A DNA stretch of 64,000 bases from a virus (IMGVR_UViG_2636416187_000004:10448-74447), one strand, 5' to 3'. Shown: positions 8,969-19,655, counted from the stretch's first letter. Notes: generated by a model not told the origin, from the sequence alone. Numbers and translations: made by a program.

Positions 8969-10179
8969 TGCTCCGCGCACTGCTTGGAAGAAAGTCCGGG
9001 CCACAGGTAATCGATACACCAGAGAAACTTGCCCAGGCGCTGGGGGCCGGCTACGAAAGCAATGCTGGTCAGCGGGTGACTACAACCAGCGCTATGCAGC
9101 AGCTGGTCGTATTCAACTGCGTGCGAGTTCTGGCCGAATCGATGGGAATGTTGCCTTGCAGGCTTTTGAAACAGACCGGCCGGGTTCGACTGCCGGCAAC
9201 GGCGCATCGCCTCTATCCGCTGATCACCATGGCCCCCAACAGCTACATGACTGCCCAGGAATTCTGGGAAATGCTGGTGGCGTGCCTGTGTCTTCGTGGC
9301 AATTTCTACGCCTACAAAGTGAAGGCGCTGGGGAGTGTGGTTGAGCTTCTGCCGCTTAACCCGGACATCGTCACCCCAAAGCTCAAGGACGACTGGACAG
9401 TTGAGTACACCGTCAATTTCAAGTCGGGCACGAAGACGCTGACTCAAGATGAGATCTGGCATGTGCGATTGTTTACGCTGGACGGTCTCAACGGACTGAA
9501 TCCCATCGCTTACGCTCGCCAAGCGCTGGGTCTTGGCCAGGCGATGGATGCTCATGCTGCCAAGCTCTTCACCAACGGAGCGGTCACGAGCGGTGTTCTG
9601 CGCACAGAACAGGCGCTCACCGATGAAGCTTTCGGTCGTCTCAAGACGGAGTTCCAAGGCGAGCACATGGGGGTGGCCAACGCCTATAAACCCATGATTC
9701 TGGAGATGGGGCTGGACTGGAAACCAATCAGCCTCAACGCCCAAGACACCCAGTTCATCGAGTCAAAAAAATTGACCGAGTCGCAGATCTGCGGCCTGTT
9801 CCGTGTGCCGCCACACCTGGTGGCCAGCATGGAAAAGATGACGCTCAACAACATCGAGCACATGGGCATGAGCTTCGTGAACTACTCGCTGGTTCCGATC
9901 ATGACCCGCATCGAGCACCGCATTCAGGTCGGCCTGCTGAACGAAAAGGACCGCTTGACGCATTACGCCAAGTTCAACGCCGGAGCGCTGATGCGCGGCG
10001 ATCTGAAGGGCCGATACGAATCCTACGGCAAGGGTATTCAGTGGGGGATCTTGAGCCCCAACGACTGCCGCGAGCTGGAGGACAAAAACCCCCGAGAGGG
10101 CGGCGACATCTACCTCACCCCAATGAACATGACTACCAAACCAGAGGCTGCCGACGATGCAGACAAAACAGCGTCTTGA
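8968..10179 (+). CDS. Portal protein, HK97 family
   Basis: GLNPIAYAR, FRVPPHLV, SPNDCRELE motifs. Confidence 0.95.
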   Translation: MLRALLGRKSGPQVIDTPEKLAQALGAGYESNAGQRVTTTSAMQQLVVFNCVRVLAESMGMLPCRLLKQTGRVRLPATAHRLYPLITMAPNSYMTAQEFWEMLVACLCLRGNFYAYKVKALGSVVELLPLNPDIVTPKLKDDWTVEYTVNFKSGTKTLTQDEIWHVRLFTLDGLNGLNPIAYARQALGLGQAMDAHAAKLFTNGAVTSGVLRTEQALTDEAFGRLKTEFQGEHMGVANAYKPMILEMGLDWKPISLNAQDTQFIESKKLTESQICGLFRVPPHLVASMEKMTLNNIEHMGMSFVNYSLVPIMTRIEHRIQVGLLNEKDRLTHYAKFNAGALMRGDLKGRYESYGKGIQWGILSPNDCRELEDKNPREGGDIYLTPMNMTTKPEAADDADKTAS

Positions 10180-10810
10180 CGTGCCGCTGACCCTTAAGTC
10201 GGTCGGTGACAACGGAGAGTTCGAAGGTTATGGCTCCGTGTTTGGCGTCGAGGACAGCTACGGCGACGTAGTGATTCGCGGTGCATTCGCGGCCAGCCTG
10301 GCCAAGTGGAAAGAGAAGGGTCGCCTGCCGGCCATGCTCTGGCAGCACCAGATGAGCGAGCCGATCGGCATCTACACAGAGATGCGCGAAGACGACACCG
10401 GGTTACTCGTCAAAGGCCGCCTGCTGATTGATGACGATCCGCTGGCCAAGCGTGCTCACGGGCACATGAAGGCTGGAAGCCTGACTGGCTTGTCCATCGG
10501 CTACATGCTCGACGATTACGAATACGACAAGGAAAAGGGCATCTGGCTGCTGAAGGCGATCGACCTATGGGAAGTCTCCCCGGTCACCTTTCCAGCCAAC
10601 GACGAAGCCCGGATCACTGATGTGAAATCTCTGCTGGCTCGCGGCGAAACACCGCCGCCCAGCAAAGTGGAGCGAGCCCTTCGAGAGGTTGGGTTTTCTG
10701 GCTCCCAGGCCAAGGCCTTTATGGCCAAGGGCTACGGCGCAGTTTCACCGCGAGAGGCGGATGCCGACGAAGCAATGCAATCACTCAAATCACTATTGAC
10801 CCGCATCTAA
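10157..10810 (+). CDS. Prohead protease, HK97 family
   Basis: FEGYGSVF, LWQH, GLSIGY, EVSPVTFPAN. Confidence 0.95.
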   Translation: MQTKQRLDVPLTLKSVGDNGEFEGYGSVFGVEDSYGDVVIRGAFAASLAKWKEKGRLPAMLWQHQMSEPIGIYTEMREDDTGLLVKGRLLIDDDPLAKRAHGHMKAGSLTGLSIGYMLDDYEYDKEKGIWLLKAIDLWEVSPVTFPANDEARITDVKSLLARGETPPPSKVERALREVGFSGSQAKAFMAKGYGAVSPREADADEAMQSLKSLLTRI

Positions 10811-10820
10811 GGAGCCTCTC

Positions 10821-12026
10821 ATGGCTGTTGAAAAGAAAGATATCGAAGACGTCGCCGAAGCCCTGGGCAAGAAGTTCGACGAGTTCAAAAAGACCAATGA
10901 CAAGCGCATCGATGGCTTGGAAGAAGAAAAGGGCAAGCTGTCTGGCCAGGTCGATACGCTCAACGAAAAGTTGAGCGAATTGGATGCGCTGAAGAGTGAT
11001 CTTGAAAAAGAACTGCTGGCCCTCAAACGTCCAGACGGCACCGGCACCAAGGCGGCCAGCGAGCATAAAACCGCCTTTATGCAGTTCGTGCGCAAGGGTA
11101 TCGAGACCGGCCTGGGCGAACTGCAGGCGAAGGCACTGCAGGTCGGCGTTGATGCCGATGGCGGCTTCGCGGTTCCGGAAGAGCTGGACCGCAGCATCAT
11201 TGAGCTGTTGCGCGATACCTCGCCGATGCGCCAGGTGTGCAACCAAATCACTGTTGGCAGCCCCGACTACAAGCGTTTGGTGAACCTTGGCGGCAACGGC
11301 GCAGGCTGGGTGGGTGAAACCGATCCGCGTCCTGCAACCAACACTCCAAAGCTCGGCAACATCTCTGCGTTTATGGGTGAGCTGTACGCCAACCCACAAG
11401 CCACTCAGACCAGCCTTGACGACATCTTCTTCGATGCTGAGGGTTGGTTGAATGGTGAGGTCGCCCGCGACTTCGCCGAGAAGGAAGGCAATGCTTTCCT
11501 GAAAGGTGATGGCGTCAACAAGCCGAAAGGTCTGCTGGCGTACGGCCTGGATGTGAAGGACGACGACGCTCGCGCCTTCGGTGTTTTGCAAAAGCTGTTG
11601 AGCGGCACCGCCGGTGCGATCACTGGTGACAGCCTGATCAATCTGATTCACGCCCTCAAAGCGGGCTACCGCGCCAATGGCACCTGGATGATGGGCAACC
11701 TGACCGTTGCCTACGTCCGCAAGCTGAAGGACAGCGAGGGCAACTATCTGTGGCGCCCTGGCCTGGAAGCGGGCGCACCCTCGGTCCTGCTGGGTTACGG
11801 CATCACTGAAAACGAAGACATGCCAGATGTTGCGGCTGACGCCAATGCCATCGCATTCGGCGACTTCAAGCGCGCTTACACCGTGGTGGATCGCATCGGT
11901 ACCCGCGTGCTGCGTGACCCGTACACCAACAAGCCGTTCGTTGGCTTCTACACCACCAAGCGCGTCGGCGGCATGCTGGTCGACTCCCAGGCTGTGAAGA
12001 TTCTCACCCTGAGCGCCGCTGCCTGA
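10821..12026 (+). CDS. Major capsid protein, HK97 family
   Basis: Coiled delta domain, GGFAVPEE, FGDFKRAY. Confidence 0.95.
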   Translation: MAVEKKDIEDVAEALGKKFDEFKKTNDKRIDGLEEEKGKLSGQVDTLNEKLSELDALKSDLEKELLALKRPDGTGTKAASEHKTAFMQFVRKGIETGLGELQAKALQVGVDADGGFAVPEELDRSIIELLRDTSPMRQVCNQITVGSPDYKRLVNLGGNGAGWVGETDPRPATNTPKLGNISAFMGELYANPQATQTSLDDIFFDAEGWLNGEVARDFAEKEGNAFLKGDGVNKPKGLLAYGLDVKDDDARAFGVLQKLLSGTAGAITGDSLINLIHALKAGYRANGTWMMGNLTVAYVRKLKDSEGNYLWRPGLEAGAPSVLLGYGITENEDMPDVAADANAIAFGDFKRAYTVVDRIGTRVLRDPYTNKPFVGFYTTKRVGGMLVDSQAVKILTLSAAA

Positions 12027-12067
12027 CTGGGCGGGTGCCTACGGGCGCCCAGCCTTCTGGAGGATTT

Positions 12068-12481
12068 ATGCCGATCATTATTGTGAAAAAACCGTTCCCA
12101 TTCTCTGCAGATGGCAATCATGTAGTTGAGGTTGCGGTCGGTGAGCAGGATGTCTCGGAGCGATGTGCTCTGGTGGCGGTCGAGCACCTGGGTGTGGCGT
12201 CCTACGCTAATCAACTGGACGCAAATGGTCTGAAGTTGGATGGTCCGACCATTGCTGAGTTTGTCGCCGCCGGCTACCTAGCGGTGAATTACCCGCCAGA
12301 GGGTTATGCGTCGCGCAGCTCGCAGGAAGAAATCGACGCGGCGATCGAGGCGCAGAAAGAAACTGACCCGCTCAAGATGAAGGTATCTGAGCTGAAGGCG
12401 TGGCTCATCGGTAAGGGGATTGAGTTCGATCCCTCCGCCAACAAAGAGGCGCTTCAGGCATTGGTGCCAAAGGGTGATTGA
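12068..12481 (+). CDS. Head accessory protein with C-terminal HeH/LEM-like motif
   Basis: GGAGG SD; KVSELKAWL..KGIEFDPSANKEAL. Confidence 0.65.
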   Translation: MPIIIVKKPFPFSADGNHVVEVAVGEQDVSERCALVAVEHLGVASYANQLDANGLKLDGPTIAEFVAAGYLAVNYPPEGYASRSSQEEIDAAIEAQKETDPLKMKVSELKAWLIGKGIEFDPSANKEALQALVPKGD

Positions 12482-12791
12482 TCTTTCCATCGTCAAGGTT
12501 CACTTACGGGTCGACCATGACGATGAGGATGCGCTGATTGAGGGCTACAGGGATGCGGCCCTCAGCGCTTTCGAGACCTGGACCAATCGCACACTTGTCG
12601 ATCCGGAGGTGGCGTTGCCAGATCCGGTCGGCAATGCGCTGTTGATGACGAAGGCAATCCAACAAGGGGCGCTTTTACTGATCGGCCACTGGTACAGCAA
12701 TCGCGAGACGGTGGTGATCGGAACGATCACTGCTGAGTTGCCCATGGCAACCAATGCGCTCTGGAAGCCTCACCGATGGGTGAATGTATGA
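12474..12791 (+). CDS. Head-tail connector (gp6-like)
   Basis: VKVHLRVD..EDALI..LLLIGHWYSNRE. Confidence 0.9.
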   Translation: MIDLSIVKVHLRVDHDDEDALIEGYRDAALSAFETWTNRTLVDPEVALPDPVGNALLMTKAIQQGALLLIGHWYSNRETVVIGTITAELPMATNALWKPHRWVNV

Positions 12792-13120
12792 GAGCCGGTC
12801 CAATGCGTCACCGGTGCACCATGTTCAAGCCGGTGCTGACTAAGAACAAATCTGGCGGCTTCGATACCAGCTGGACGGAAGTCGGCCAGCTTTGGTGTGA
12901 GATCACGCTGCCGACTGGGCGCGTATCTCCCGTTGCCGAGCAACTGAGAGTGGTGGTGACTGCCGAGATTCGTATCCGGCCAAGGGCCGATGCTGTCGCC
13001 GGCAACCGTCTTGTGAACACGGAAAAAGGAATCACCACCACCTACCTGATCGGCGCCCCGCTGATCGACAACGAGCACAGCATGCTCCGGCTGCTTTGCT
13101 CAACCGTTTCCAACCCTTGA
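12788..13120 (+). CDS. Head closure/head-tail adaptor
   Basis: MRAGPMRHR start; position after connector. Confidence 0.85.
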   Translation: MRAGPMRHRCTMFKPVLTKNKSGGFDTSWTEVGQLWCEITLPTGRVSPVAEQLRVVVTAEIRIRPRADAVAGNRLVNTEKGITTTYLIGAPLIDNEHSMLRLLCSTVSNP

Positions 13121-13130
13121 GGGTGAATTT

Positions 13131-13301
13131 ATGAGAGTTATTGCACTGGGCGCCTTGTCTGGCGCAACTGGCGATCGGGAAAAGGGCGAGGAATTTACGG
13201 TCGACGCCAAGCTGGGCGCTGACCTGATCTCGCGCGGCCTGGTAGAGCCGGTCACCGAGCCCGCCCCGAACACTGAAAAGGCTCCCAAGGCCAAGGAGTA
13301 G
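13131..13301 (+). CDS. Small 56-aa virion-region protein (below ORF-track cutoff)
   Basis: ATG at 13131 to TAG at 13301, MRVIALGALSG..LISRGLVEPV. Confidence 0.65.
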   Translation: MRVIALGALSGATGDREKGEEFTVDAKLGADLISRGLVEPVTEPAPNTEKAPKAKE

Positions 13302-13304
13302 GCC

Positions 13305-13883
13305 ATGGCCGCTCGCCGATCCCGCATGTCGGGCGACTTCAAGTTACGCCGGACGCTGCGCAACATCCACGCAACGATGGATAACGAACTGGTCGGCGTG
13401 ATGAAGGAAAGCGCTGACCAGATACTGGCAACGATGAGGCAGCTGATACCGAAGGACACGGGCGCCGCCTCGGCCGCATTGAAGGTGTTCGTGTCAAAGA
13501 GCGGCCTCAACGCAGAGATCGGCATCCGGGGGAAGCGAGACACCCAGCGATTCTTCTATTTGCGTTTTTTGGAGTACGGGACGAAGGGGTACAGCGGCAC
13601 CCTGTATCGGCGAGCAGACCGAAACGCCGTGGGCGGTGAGCACACCGTCAACCGTGACAAGTCCAAGCTGTCTGGACGACGCAACGCGCTGCGCGCCCGT
13701 GACACGAAGAACAAGTCAGATGGAACCACATTCTACGGCAAGTACCCGGATATCCCGGCCCGGCCGGCTCATCCATGGTTGCGGCCGGCCAAGGACGTGA
13801 ACCGCGAATTCGTTCTGGCCAATATCCGCGAAGCGGTGGCCGGGACGCTGCGCAAGGCCAGCATGGGAGCAAGCGATGAGTGA
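13305..13883 (+). CDS. HK97 gp10-family neck protein
   Basis: PKDTG, FLEYGT, PAHPWLRPA. Confidence 0.9.
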   Translation: MAARRSRMSGDFKLRRTLRNIHATMDNELVGVMKESADQILATMRQLIPKDTGAASAALKVFVSKSGLNAEIGIRGKRDTQRFFYLRFLEYGTKGYSGTLYRRADRNAVGGEHTVNRDKSKLSGRRNALRARDTKNKSDGTTFYGKYPDIPARPAHPWLRPAKDVNREFVLANIREAVAGTLRKASMGASDE

Positions 13884-14262
13884 TCCTTCTGTTGCGTTGC
13901 AGGAAGCGCTGTTCGCCCGGCTTGAGGCCGAGGTCACGTGTCCGATCTACGACGGCGCGCCCATGGATACGGATATGCCTTATGTCTCGATTGACCGGGA
14001 GATCTCCACCAACATCACGCCGATTGCCGGCAGGAAGCGCGAGCAGCGCCTGATCTACCTTTCGGTCTGGTCGGATGCTCACGGCCAGGCCGAGGTGAAG
14101 CGCATCCTCGGCGAGGTTGTAGCAGCCCTTGATGAGCGCCGCTTGCCGTTGACCGTCGGCCGCGCTGTATCGGTCCGGGTCGAACAAGCTGACGCCCAGC
14201 GTGATGCCGATGGCGTCACGTACCAGGGATCGATCACGGTCCGCGTTATCACCACCCACTAA
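13876..14262 (+). CDS. Tail terminator (DUF3168-like)
   Basis: LQEALFARL..IYD..PYV; position before tail tube. Confidence 0.8.
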   Translation: MSDPSVALQEALFARLEAEVTCPIYDGAPMDTDMPYVSIDREISTNITPIAGRKREQRLIYLSVWSDAHGQAEVKRILGEVVAALDERRLPLTVGRAVSVRVEQADAQRDADGVTYQGSITVRVITTH

Positions 14263-14317
14263 ACCCCAACCCCGGCCGCACCGCGGCTTTATCCAATGTG
14301 CCTTTGGAGGAACCCCC

Positions 14318-14815
14318 ATGGCCGAAGACAACCTCAACACCGCCGCCGGCTGCCGGATCGGCATCGGTAGCAAGAACGGTGCTGATACCGAAGCGCTCTA
14401 CAAGGCAGACACCTACGTCGATATCGGCGAGGTGGAAGACCTGGGCGAGTTCGGCGATACGTTCAGCTCCGTGACCTTCACCTCTCTGCGCGATGGCCGC
14501 GTGCGCAAGTACAAGGGCACCGCTGACGCCGGCGACCTGACCCTGACCGTAGGTCTGGACAACGGCGATCTGGGCCAGGCGAAGCTGAAGGTCGCGCACA
14601 AGGACCGCAGCAAGGGCGACTACAACATCAAGATCACCCTGAACGATGGCGATCCGGATGCTATCCCGGCGCTCCTGCCGACCACGTTCTACCTGCGCGG
14701 CAAGGTGATGAACAACACAGTCGCCGCCGGCGCCGCTGACAACGTGGTTCGCCGCAACGTCACGATCGGCATCAACTCCGACATCCTGGAAATTCTCCCG
14801 GCTGCCGCCGCCTAA
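14318..14815 (+). CDS. Tail tube protein
   Basis: GGAGG SD; IGEVEDLGEFG..RVRKYKGTADAG. Confidence 0.85.
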   Translation: MAEDNLNTAAGCRIGIGSKNGADTEALYKADTYVDIGEVEDLGEFGDTFSSVTFTSLRDGRVRKYKGTADAGDLTLTVGLDNGDLGQAKLKVAHKDRSKGDYNIKITLNDGDPDAIPALLPTTFYLRGKVMNNTVAAGAADNVVRRNVTIGINSDILEILPAAAA

Positions 14816-14854
14816 CCTGCGGGGCTTCGGCCCCGAAACCCAAGGATTCGCGAT

Positions 14855-15184
14855 ATGAGCAAAACCCTTTACGGTACCGTCGAGATCAAGCTTGGCGACG
14901 AGACTTACACCCTGACCCCAACGCTCGGTGCCGTGCGTGCGATTGAAGCTCACTTCGGCGGGCTGCGCGGCGCGTCCCAAGCGCTCAACGCGCTGAGCAT
15001 CGACGGTTGCGCGGTGATCATCGCCGGCGGCGCAGGCCTGAAAGGCAAAGCTGCAGAGGCTGTCGCTGAGCAAGTTTGGCAGACCGGCGTGCTGGAAGTG
15101 TCGGTGCAGCTGAACGCCTACCTGGTGGCGCTGTACAACCCGAAAGGCCCCGACGCGGGAAAGGAAAAGCCGGCGGCGGCGTGA
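14855..15184 (+). CDS. Tail assembly chaperone G
   Basis: Between tube and tape measure; slippery site near 3' end. Confidence 0.8.
   Translation: MSKTLYGTVEIKLGDETYTLTPTLGAVRAIEAHFGGLRGASQALNALSIDGCAVIIAGGAGLKGKAAEAVAEQVWQTGVLEVSVQLNAYLVALYNPKGPDAGKEKPAAA
15157..15163 (+). promoter_or_regulatory. Programmed -1 frameshift G GGA AAG (lambda G-T type)
   Basis: Heptamer in correct phase; -1 frame open to 15438. Confidence 0.85.
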
Positions 15185-15438
15185 GTGCTGTCGAAGACGG
15201 CAGCTACGTCGACCGGCTTTACGCGGTGGCCACGGGCTGGCTTGGTTGGCCTCCCGACGCGGCCTGGCATACACCGATGCCTGAGCTCTTTCTGGCGATG
15301 GACGCCAAGATCGAGTGGGCAAAGATGACCAACCCCTTCGGCTGTGGCAAGGCGAAACCCAAGGAGGGCAGGCCATCACCTTCCACTGTTGCTGACAAGC
15401 TCCGGCAGGCGCTGACGGGGCGGCAGGTTGTTCAGTGA
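15157..15438 (+). CDS. Tail assembly chaperone T (frameshift extension)
   Basis: GWLGWPPDAAWHTPMPEL motif in the -1 frame. Confidence 0.75.
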   Translation, partial: GKGKAGGGVSAVEDGSYVDRLYAVATGWLGWPPDAAWHTPMPELFLAMDAKIEWAKMTNPFGCGKAKPKEGRPSPSTVADKLRQALTGRQVVQ

Positions 15439-15484
15439 TTTTTGATATGCTCCGTTTTTCTAAAGAATGAATGGAGCGTCGCGC

Positions 15485-15832
15485 ATGAAACGGAGTGTCT
15501 TTCTAACTATCCCGTTGATCTTTAGTTCTGCTGTTTGTTTTGCGGGCGGAAAGCCTGCCACGGCGTCTGACATTGCAGGTATTAAAGAGGCAATGGAGGA
15601 TCGCCTGAAAGATTCCGACAGTGCCAAAATAAAGGATGTGCGCCTAACTGGCGATGAAAAGTCAGGCTGGCAATTCTGCGGTAGCGTGAACGCTAAAAAT
15701 TCTTATGGCGCTTATTCTGGATTCACTCCATTTATGGGGATGAAGCTGAAAGGAACCGATGGGAAGATCTCCTATGTCGTTTTAGGAGTTGATGATTCAG
15801 TAGAGCAAGTCTGTAGGAAATACGGACTTTGA
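15485..15832 (+). CDS. Exported moron protein, KDPDSAK/NSYGAY family, copy 1
   Basis: Signal peptide; LKDSDSAK..CGSVNAKNSYGAYSGF; low GC; own terminator 15841-15862. Confidence 0.8.
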   Translation: MKRSVFLTIPLIFSSAVCFAGGKPATASDIAGIKEAMEDRLKDSDSAKIKDVRLTGDEKSGWQFCGSVNAKNSYGAYSGFTPFMGMKLKGTDGKISYVVLGVDDSVEQVCRKYGL

Positions 15833-15879
15833 ACTTGTAAGACCCGCTCCGGCGGGTTTTTTATTGCCCGGAGAAAAGT

Positions 15880-18800
15880 ATGGCTGACACAGACGTTCAG
15901 GGGATGCTGGTCCGCATCGAGGCGACCACTGCGCAGCTCCGTCAGGAAATGGCGCGCGCAGATTCCACTGTGGCCCAAGCGTCTGGGAAGATTGATAAAA
16001 GCCTTGGGCGGATTGATGAGGCTTTTGACCGTGCTGGCGAGCAGGCAGCGCATGCTTCCGGACTGATCAAAAGCGCGCTTGCGGCAGCAGTTGGCGCTGC
16101 CTCGGTCGGTAAAATCATTGAGGCTGCCGACTCGTATGGCCAGATGTCTGACCGTATCGGCATGGCTACGGCAAGTGTTGGTGAGTACGACCTAGTGCAG
16201 GGGCGCCTGCTGGAGACTGCGAAGCGCACCTACCGCCCCCTGAGTGAGGCTCAGGAGCTTTACATCCGCACAGCGGACAGCTTGAAGTCAATGGGTTACA
16301 ACACCAGCCAGGCGCTGGACGTGATGGACAGTTTCAGCTTCCTGTTGGTGACAAACTCCGCATCAGCCGATAAGGCCAGCGCTGCTATCGATGCCTATTC
16401 GAAGGCGCTGCAGACCGGAAAGGTCGAGGCAGATGGTTGGCAGTCGATCCTCGCCGCGATGCCGACAGTAGTCGACACGATCGCGAAGTCTACTGGCAAG
16501 ACGGCCGAAGAGATCCGTAGTCTCGGCGCAGAAGGCAAGCTCAGCTTGGACGTGCTGACCGAAGGCCTACAGAAATCCTCCGAAGCCAACGGTATTCTGG
16601 CCGACAGCATGAGCGTAGCGGTGCGCGACGCAGTGCAGAATTTGTCGAACGCCTTCACGGTTTACGTGGGTCGGCTGAATGAAACGACTGATTTTACGGG
16701 CGTCTTGGCTAGTGGAATCAGCGTTCTGGGCGATAACTTCCAGACCTTGGCCGATGTGGCCCTTGTCGCCGCGATTGCCGCCCTAACCCGATACGGCGTT
16801 ACCGCTGCTGACTCCGCAGCGGTGGCTGTGTATTCAGCGGTCAAGGATGCTGCTGCACGCAAGGCCCAGGCTGCCTCCGTTCTGCTCGCTGCCCAAGCCG
16901 AACAGCAGAAGGCACAGACCTCTGTTTTTCTCGCCGAGAAGGAAGCCTTAGCTGCGCGCGGTACTGCGGTGCAGGCCCAAATGTCGATCCAGCTGGCGGA
17001 GGCCAGGATGGTCGAGGCGCGGGCAACGAACGCGGTGACGGCAGCACAGCTTGGAGTCAGTAAGGCCGGCGGTGTGATCATGGGAGTTCTGGGTGGGCCG
17101 CTTGGTATTGCATCGCTTGCGGTCGGCGCCGCGATCGCTTTTCTGACTCTTCGTGACAACACAAGCGTCCTTGAGGAGAAACTTGGTAATCTAAATGACC
17201 CGCTCGACAAACTGACAGAGCGGTTCAACAAGCTTAATCGGGCGACTCAATCCGTTACCTTGCGCGAACTCCGCTCATCGATTGCGGATACGGAGAAAGA
17301 CCTTTCAGCAGCCGCCGGCTCCATAGCGTTTGAATTCCAAGCCAGTCTGACTAATGCCGGCCTAGCTGGCGCATCTGGCTTTATGGGTGGCATTGCTCCG
17401 CTGCCTGCCGAGTTTCAGTCGGCGATGGATATCGTCAACAAGGCTGTCTCCGATTCGTCTAAAGGGCAGGCCGTAGATTGGAAAGTAGTGGCGGATCAGG
17501 TTAGGCAGATTCCTGGCGTTACTGAAGAAATGGCTCAGTCCATCGAGACCGGGCAGATCAAGGTTTCCGATCTGACGGAAATTCTCGATAAACAGCGGAA
17601 AACGTTGGCTGAGCTTACCGGAGAGACCGATGCCAACACCGCAGCTCGCGGCAAGAACAATGCCGCTATCGCTGCAGCCGATCAGGTTGGCAAAAAATAC
17701 CTTGAGCAGTTGCAAAAGCAGCTAGGTGCCGCACAAGACAAAACAGCCCTCGAGGCTGCCAACCGGTTCATTGCCGAGAATACAGATCTCACTGAAGGGA
17801 TGATCGTTGCCATTCGCTCGGCAGCTGCCGCCAAGGACGCGCAGAAAGCCTCAGACGATGCTGCTGCCAAGGCATTGAAGAAAAACTCCAGCGAAACAGA
17901 GTCAGCCGCGAAGAAGCAGCTCAAAGACTTCGAATCCACCGAGGAGAGCTACAAGCGCCAGATCGAGCTGATCAACACCACCGGTGACAAGCAGAAGGAC
18001 GCCACCGAGGTTCAGAAACTGTCGTTCGAGCTTCAAGAAGGGAAGCTTGGGAAGCTCAGCGAGGCGCAGAAAAAACGGCTGATGGGTATGGCCGCTGAGC
18101 TGGATGCACTGAACAAGCTGAAGAAGGCGAACGAGGATGACCTGAAGCTGACGGCGTTCAAGAACGCCCAGGCACTGAGCACCCAAACCACAAAGGATGG
18201 CTTCGACCAAGAGCTTGCCGGCGTTGGTATGGGCGACAAAACCCGCGACCGAATGCGCGCTGATCTGGCGATGCGTCAGAAATACGCCGCTGACGTCGCC
18301 GCCCTCAACGAGCAGCGCAACACCGACCAGATCACACCGGAGCTCTACGCCAAAGAGACCCAGGTATTACAGGACGAACTGAACAAGCGGCTGCTGGCGC
18401 AGGAGAGCTTCTACGCGGCGACCGATGAGCAGCAAGCCAACTGGATGAATGGCGTCAACGAGGCATGGGCCAGCTACGCGGATGCCGCGCGGGACTACTC
18501 GGCCCAAGCTGCTGACGTCACCAACACCGCGTTGAGCGAGGCCACCGGTGGGCTGGGCACGTTCTTCTCGGATGTGGCCAGCGGCGCGGAGGATGCCAGT
18601 GACGCGCTGGGGGATATGGTCGGAAACTTCGCCAAATCGATGTTGAAGGCTTTGGGCGATATGGCGGCACAGTGGCTGATTTACCAGGGTGTGCAGCTGT
18701 TGGTGGGCAAGACCACTCAAGCGAGCGCCGCGGGCGCGATGGGGGCGAACGCTCAAGCCATGTCGTTAACGGCGGGCCTCAACGCCTTTGCCTCTACTGC

Positions 18801-19311
18801 GGCTATTCCGATCATCGGCCCAGCAGCGGCGCCGGCGGCAATGGCGACCGCGATGGCCGTTACCGGGCCTCTGGCCTCGGCTGTTGGCATGACCGCGTTG
18901 GCGGGTATGGCGCACGACGGTATCGACTCGGTGCCAGAGGACGGCAGCTGGTTTCTGCAAAAAGGCGAGCGAGTCACGACCGCTCAGACCAGTGCAAAAC
19001 TCGATGCCATGCTGTCACGGATCGACAACAAGCTGGGCGGCTCTGAGCCGCAAGCGCAGATCGGCGTAGGAAGCCTGGAGGCGGTCGGCAATGGTCGAGT
19101 GGCAATGGTTGGCGCTGGCGCCCAGCCGGCTCAAGGTGGATCAACGCAGATCGTGTTCAACGCCCCCGTTAGCGTGCAGGCCCAGCCCGGCATGACTGAT
19201 CAGCAGGCGCAGATGCAGGGTGAATCCATCAGTGCCGGTTTGGAAGCGCAGTTCGGTCGGTTCCTCGATCGGGAGATGGGCCAAGGCGGGCGACTCTGGA
19301 GGAGGGTCTGA
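15880..19311 (+). CDS. Tail tape measure protein
   Basis: 1143 aa, Ala-rich and helical; tape-measure domain; C-terminal AHDG..GERV. Confidence 0.95.
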   Translation: MADTDVQGMLVRIEATTAQLRQEMARADSTVAQASGKIDKSLGRIDEAFDRAGEQAAHASGLIKSALAAAVGAASVGKIIEAADSYGQMSDRIGMATASVGEYDLVQGRLLETAKRTYRPLSEAQELYIRTADSLKSMGYNTSQALDVMDSFSFLLVTNSASADKASAAIDAYSKALQTGKVEADGWQSILAAMPTVVDTIAKSTGKTAEEIRSLGAEGKLSLDVLTEGLQKSSEANGILADSMSVAVRDAVQNLSNAFTVYVGRLNETTDFTGVLASGISVLGDNFQTLADVALVAAIAALTRYGVTAADSAAVAVYSAVKDAAARKAQAASVLLAAQAEQQKAQTSVFLAEKEALAARGTAVQAQMSIQLAEARMVEARATNAVTAAQLGVSKAGGVIMGVLGGPLGIASLAVGAAIAFLTLRDNTSVLEEKLGNLNDPLDKLTERFNKLNRATQSVTLRELRSSIADTEKDLSAAAGSIAFEFQASLTNAGLAGASGFMGGIAPLPAEFQSAMDIVNKAVSDSSKGQAVDWKVVADQVRQIPGVTEEMAQSIETGQIKVSDLTEILDKQRKTLAELTGETDANTAARGKNNAAIAAADQVGKKYLEQLQKQLGAAQDKTALEAANRFIAENTDLTEGMIVAIRSAAAAKDAQKASDDAAAKALKKNSSETESAAKKQLKDFESTEESYKRQIELINTTGDKQKDATEVQKLSFELQEGKLGKLSEAQKKRLMGMAAELDALNKLKKANEDDLKLTAFKNAQALSTQTTKDGFDQELAGVGMGDKTRDRMRADLAMRQKYAADVAALNEQRNTDQITPELYAKETQVLQDELNKRLLAQESFYAATDEQQANWMNGVNEAWASYADAARDYSAQAADVTNTALSEATGGLGTFFSDVASGAEDASDALGDMVGNFAKSMLKALGDMAAQWLIYQGVQLLVGKTTQASAAGAMGANAQAMSLTAGLNAFASTAAIPIIGPAAAPAAMATAMAVTGPLASAVGMTALAGMAHDGIDSVPEDGSWFLQKGERVTTAQTSAKLDAMLSRIDNKLGGSEPQAQIGVGSLEAVGNGRVAMVGAGAQPAQGGSTQIVFNAPVSVQAQPGMTDQQAQMQGESISAGLEAQFGRFLDREMGQGGRLWRRV

Positions 19312-19655
19312 TGGCCGAGGAATTTATCTACGACGTCGAGGTTGGCGCCGATGGCGATGTGTCCCAGCGAACCTGGGAGAACGAATTCGGCGACGGTTAC
19401 GTTCAGGCTGGCGGAATCGGGATCAACACGAAAAGTCAGGTTTGGAACCTCACGCACACCGGCTCGATGGAGCCAGGAGAGGAGCTGCCGCTGATCTGGG
19501 CGTTCCTCGATCGGCACGAGGGCTATAAATCTTTTCTTTGGACTCCCCCGGACGGCGCCCGAGGAAGATACCGGTGCAACGGCTACAAACCGAAATCCGT
19601 CGGCCCCGGCCTTTTCACGCTGACGTTCTCGTTCAAGCAGGTCTACACCCCCTGA
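19311..19655 (+). CDS. Minor tail protein M-like
   Basis: FGDGYVQ..GIN..FLDRH.GYKSFLWTPP. Confidence 0.9.
   Translation: MAEEFIYDVEVGADGDVSQRTWENEFGDGYVQAGGIGINTKSQVWNLTHTGSMEPGEELPLIWAFLDRHEGYKSFLWTPPDGARGRYRCNGYKPKSVGPGLFTLTFSFKQVYTP

Noticed and set aside
15157-15163. Frameshift as novelty or sequencing error
   Set aside because: Canonical lambda G-T programmed -1 slippery site.
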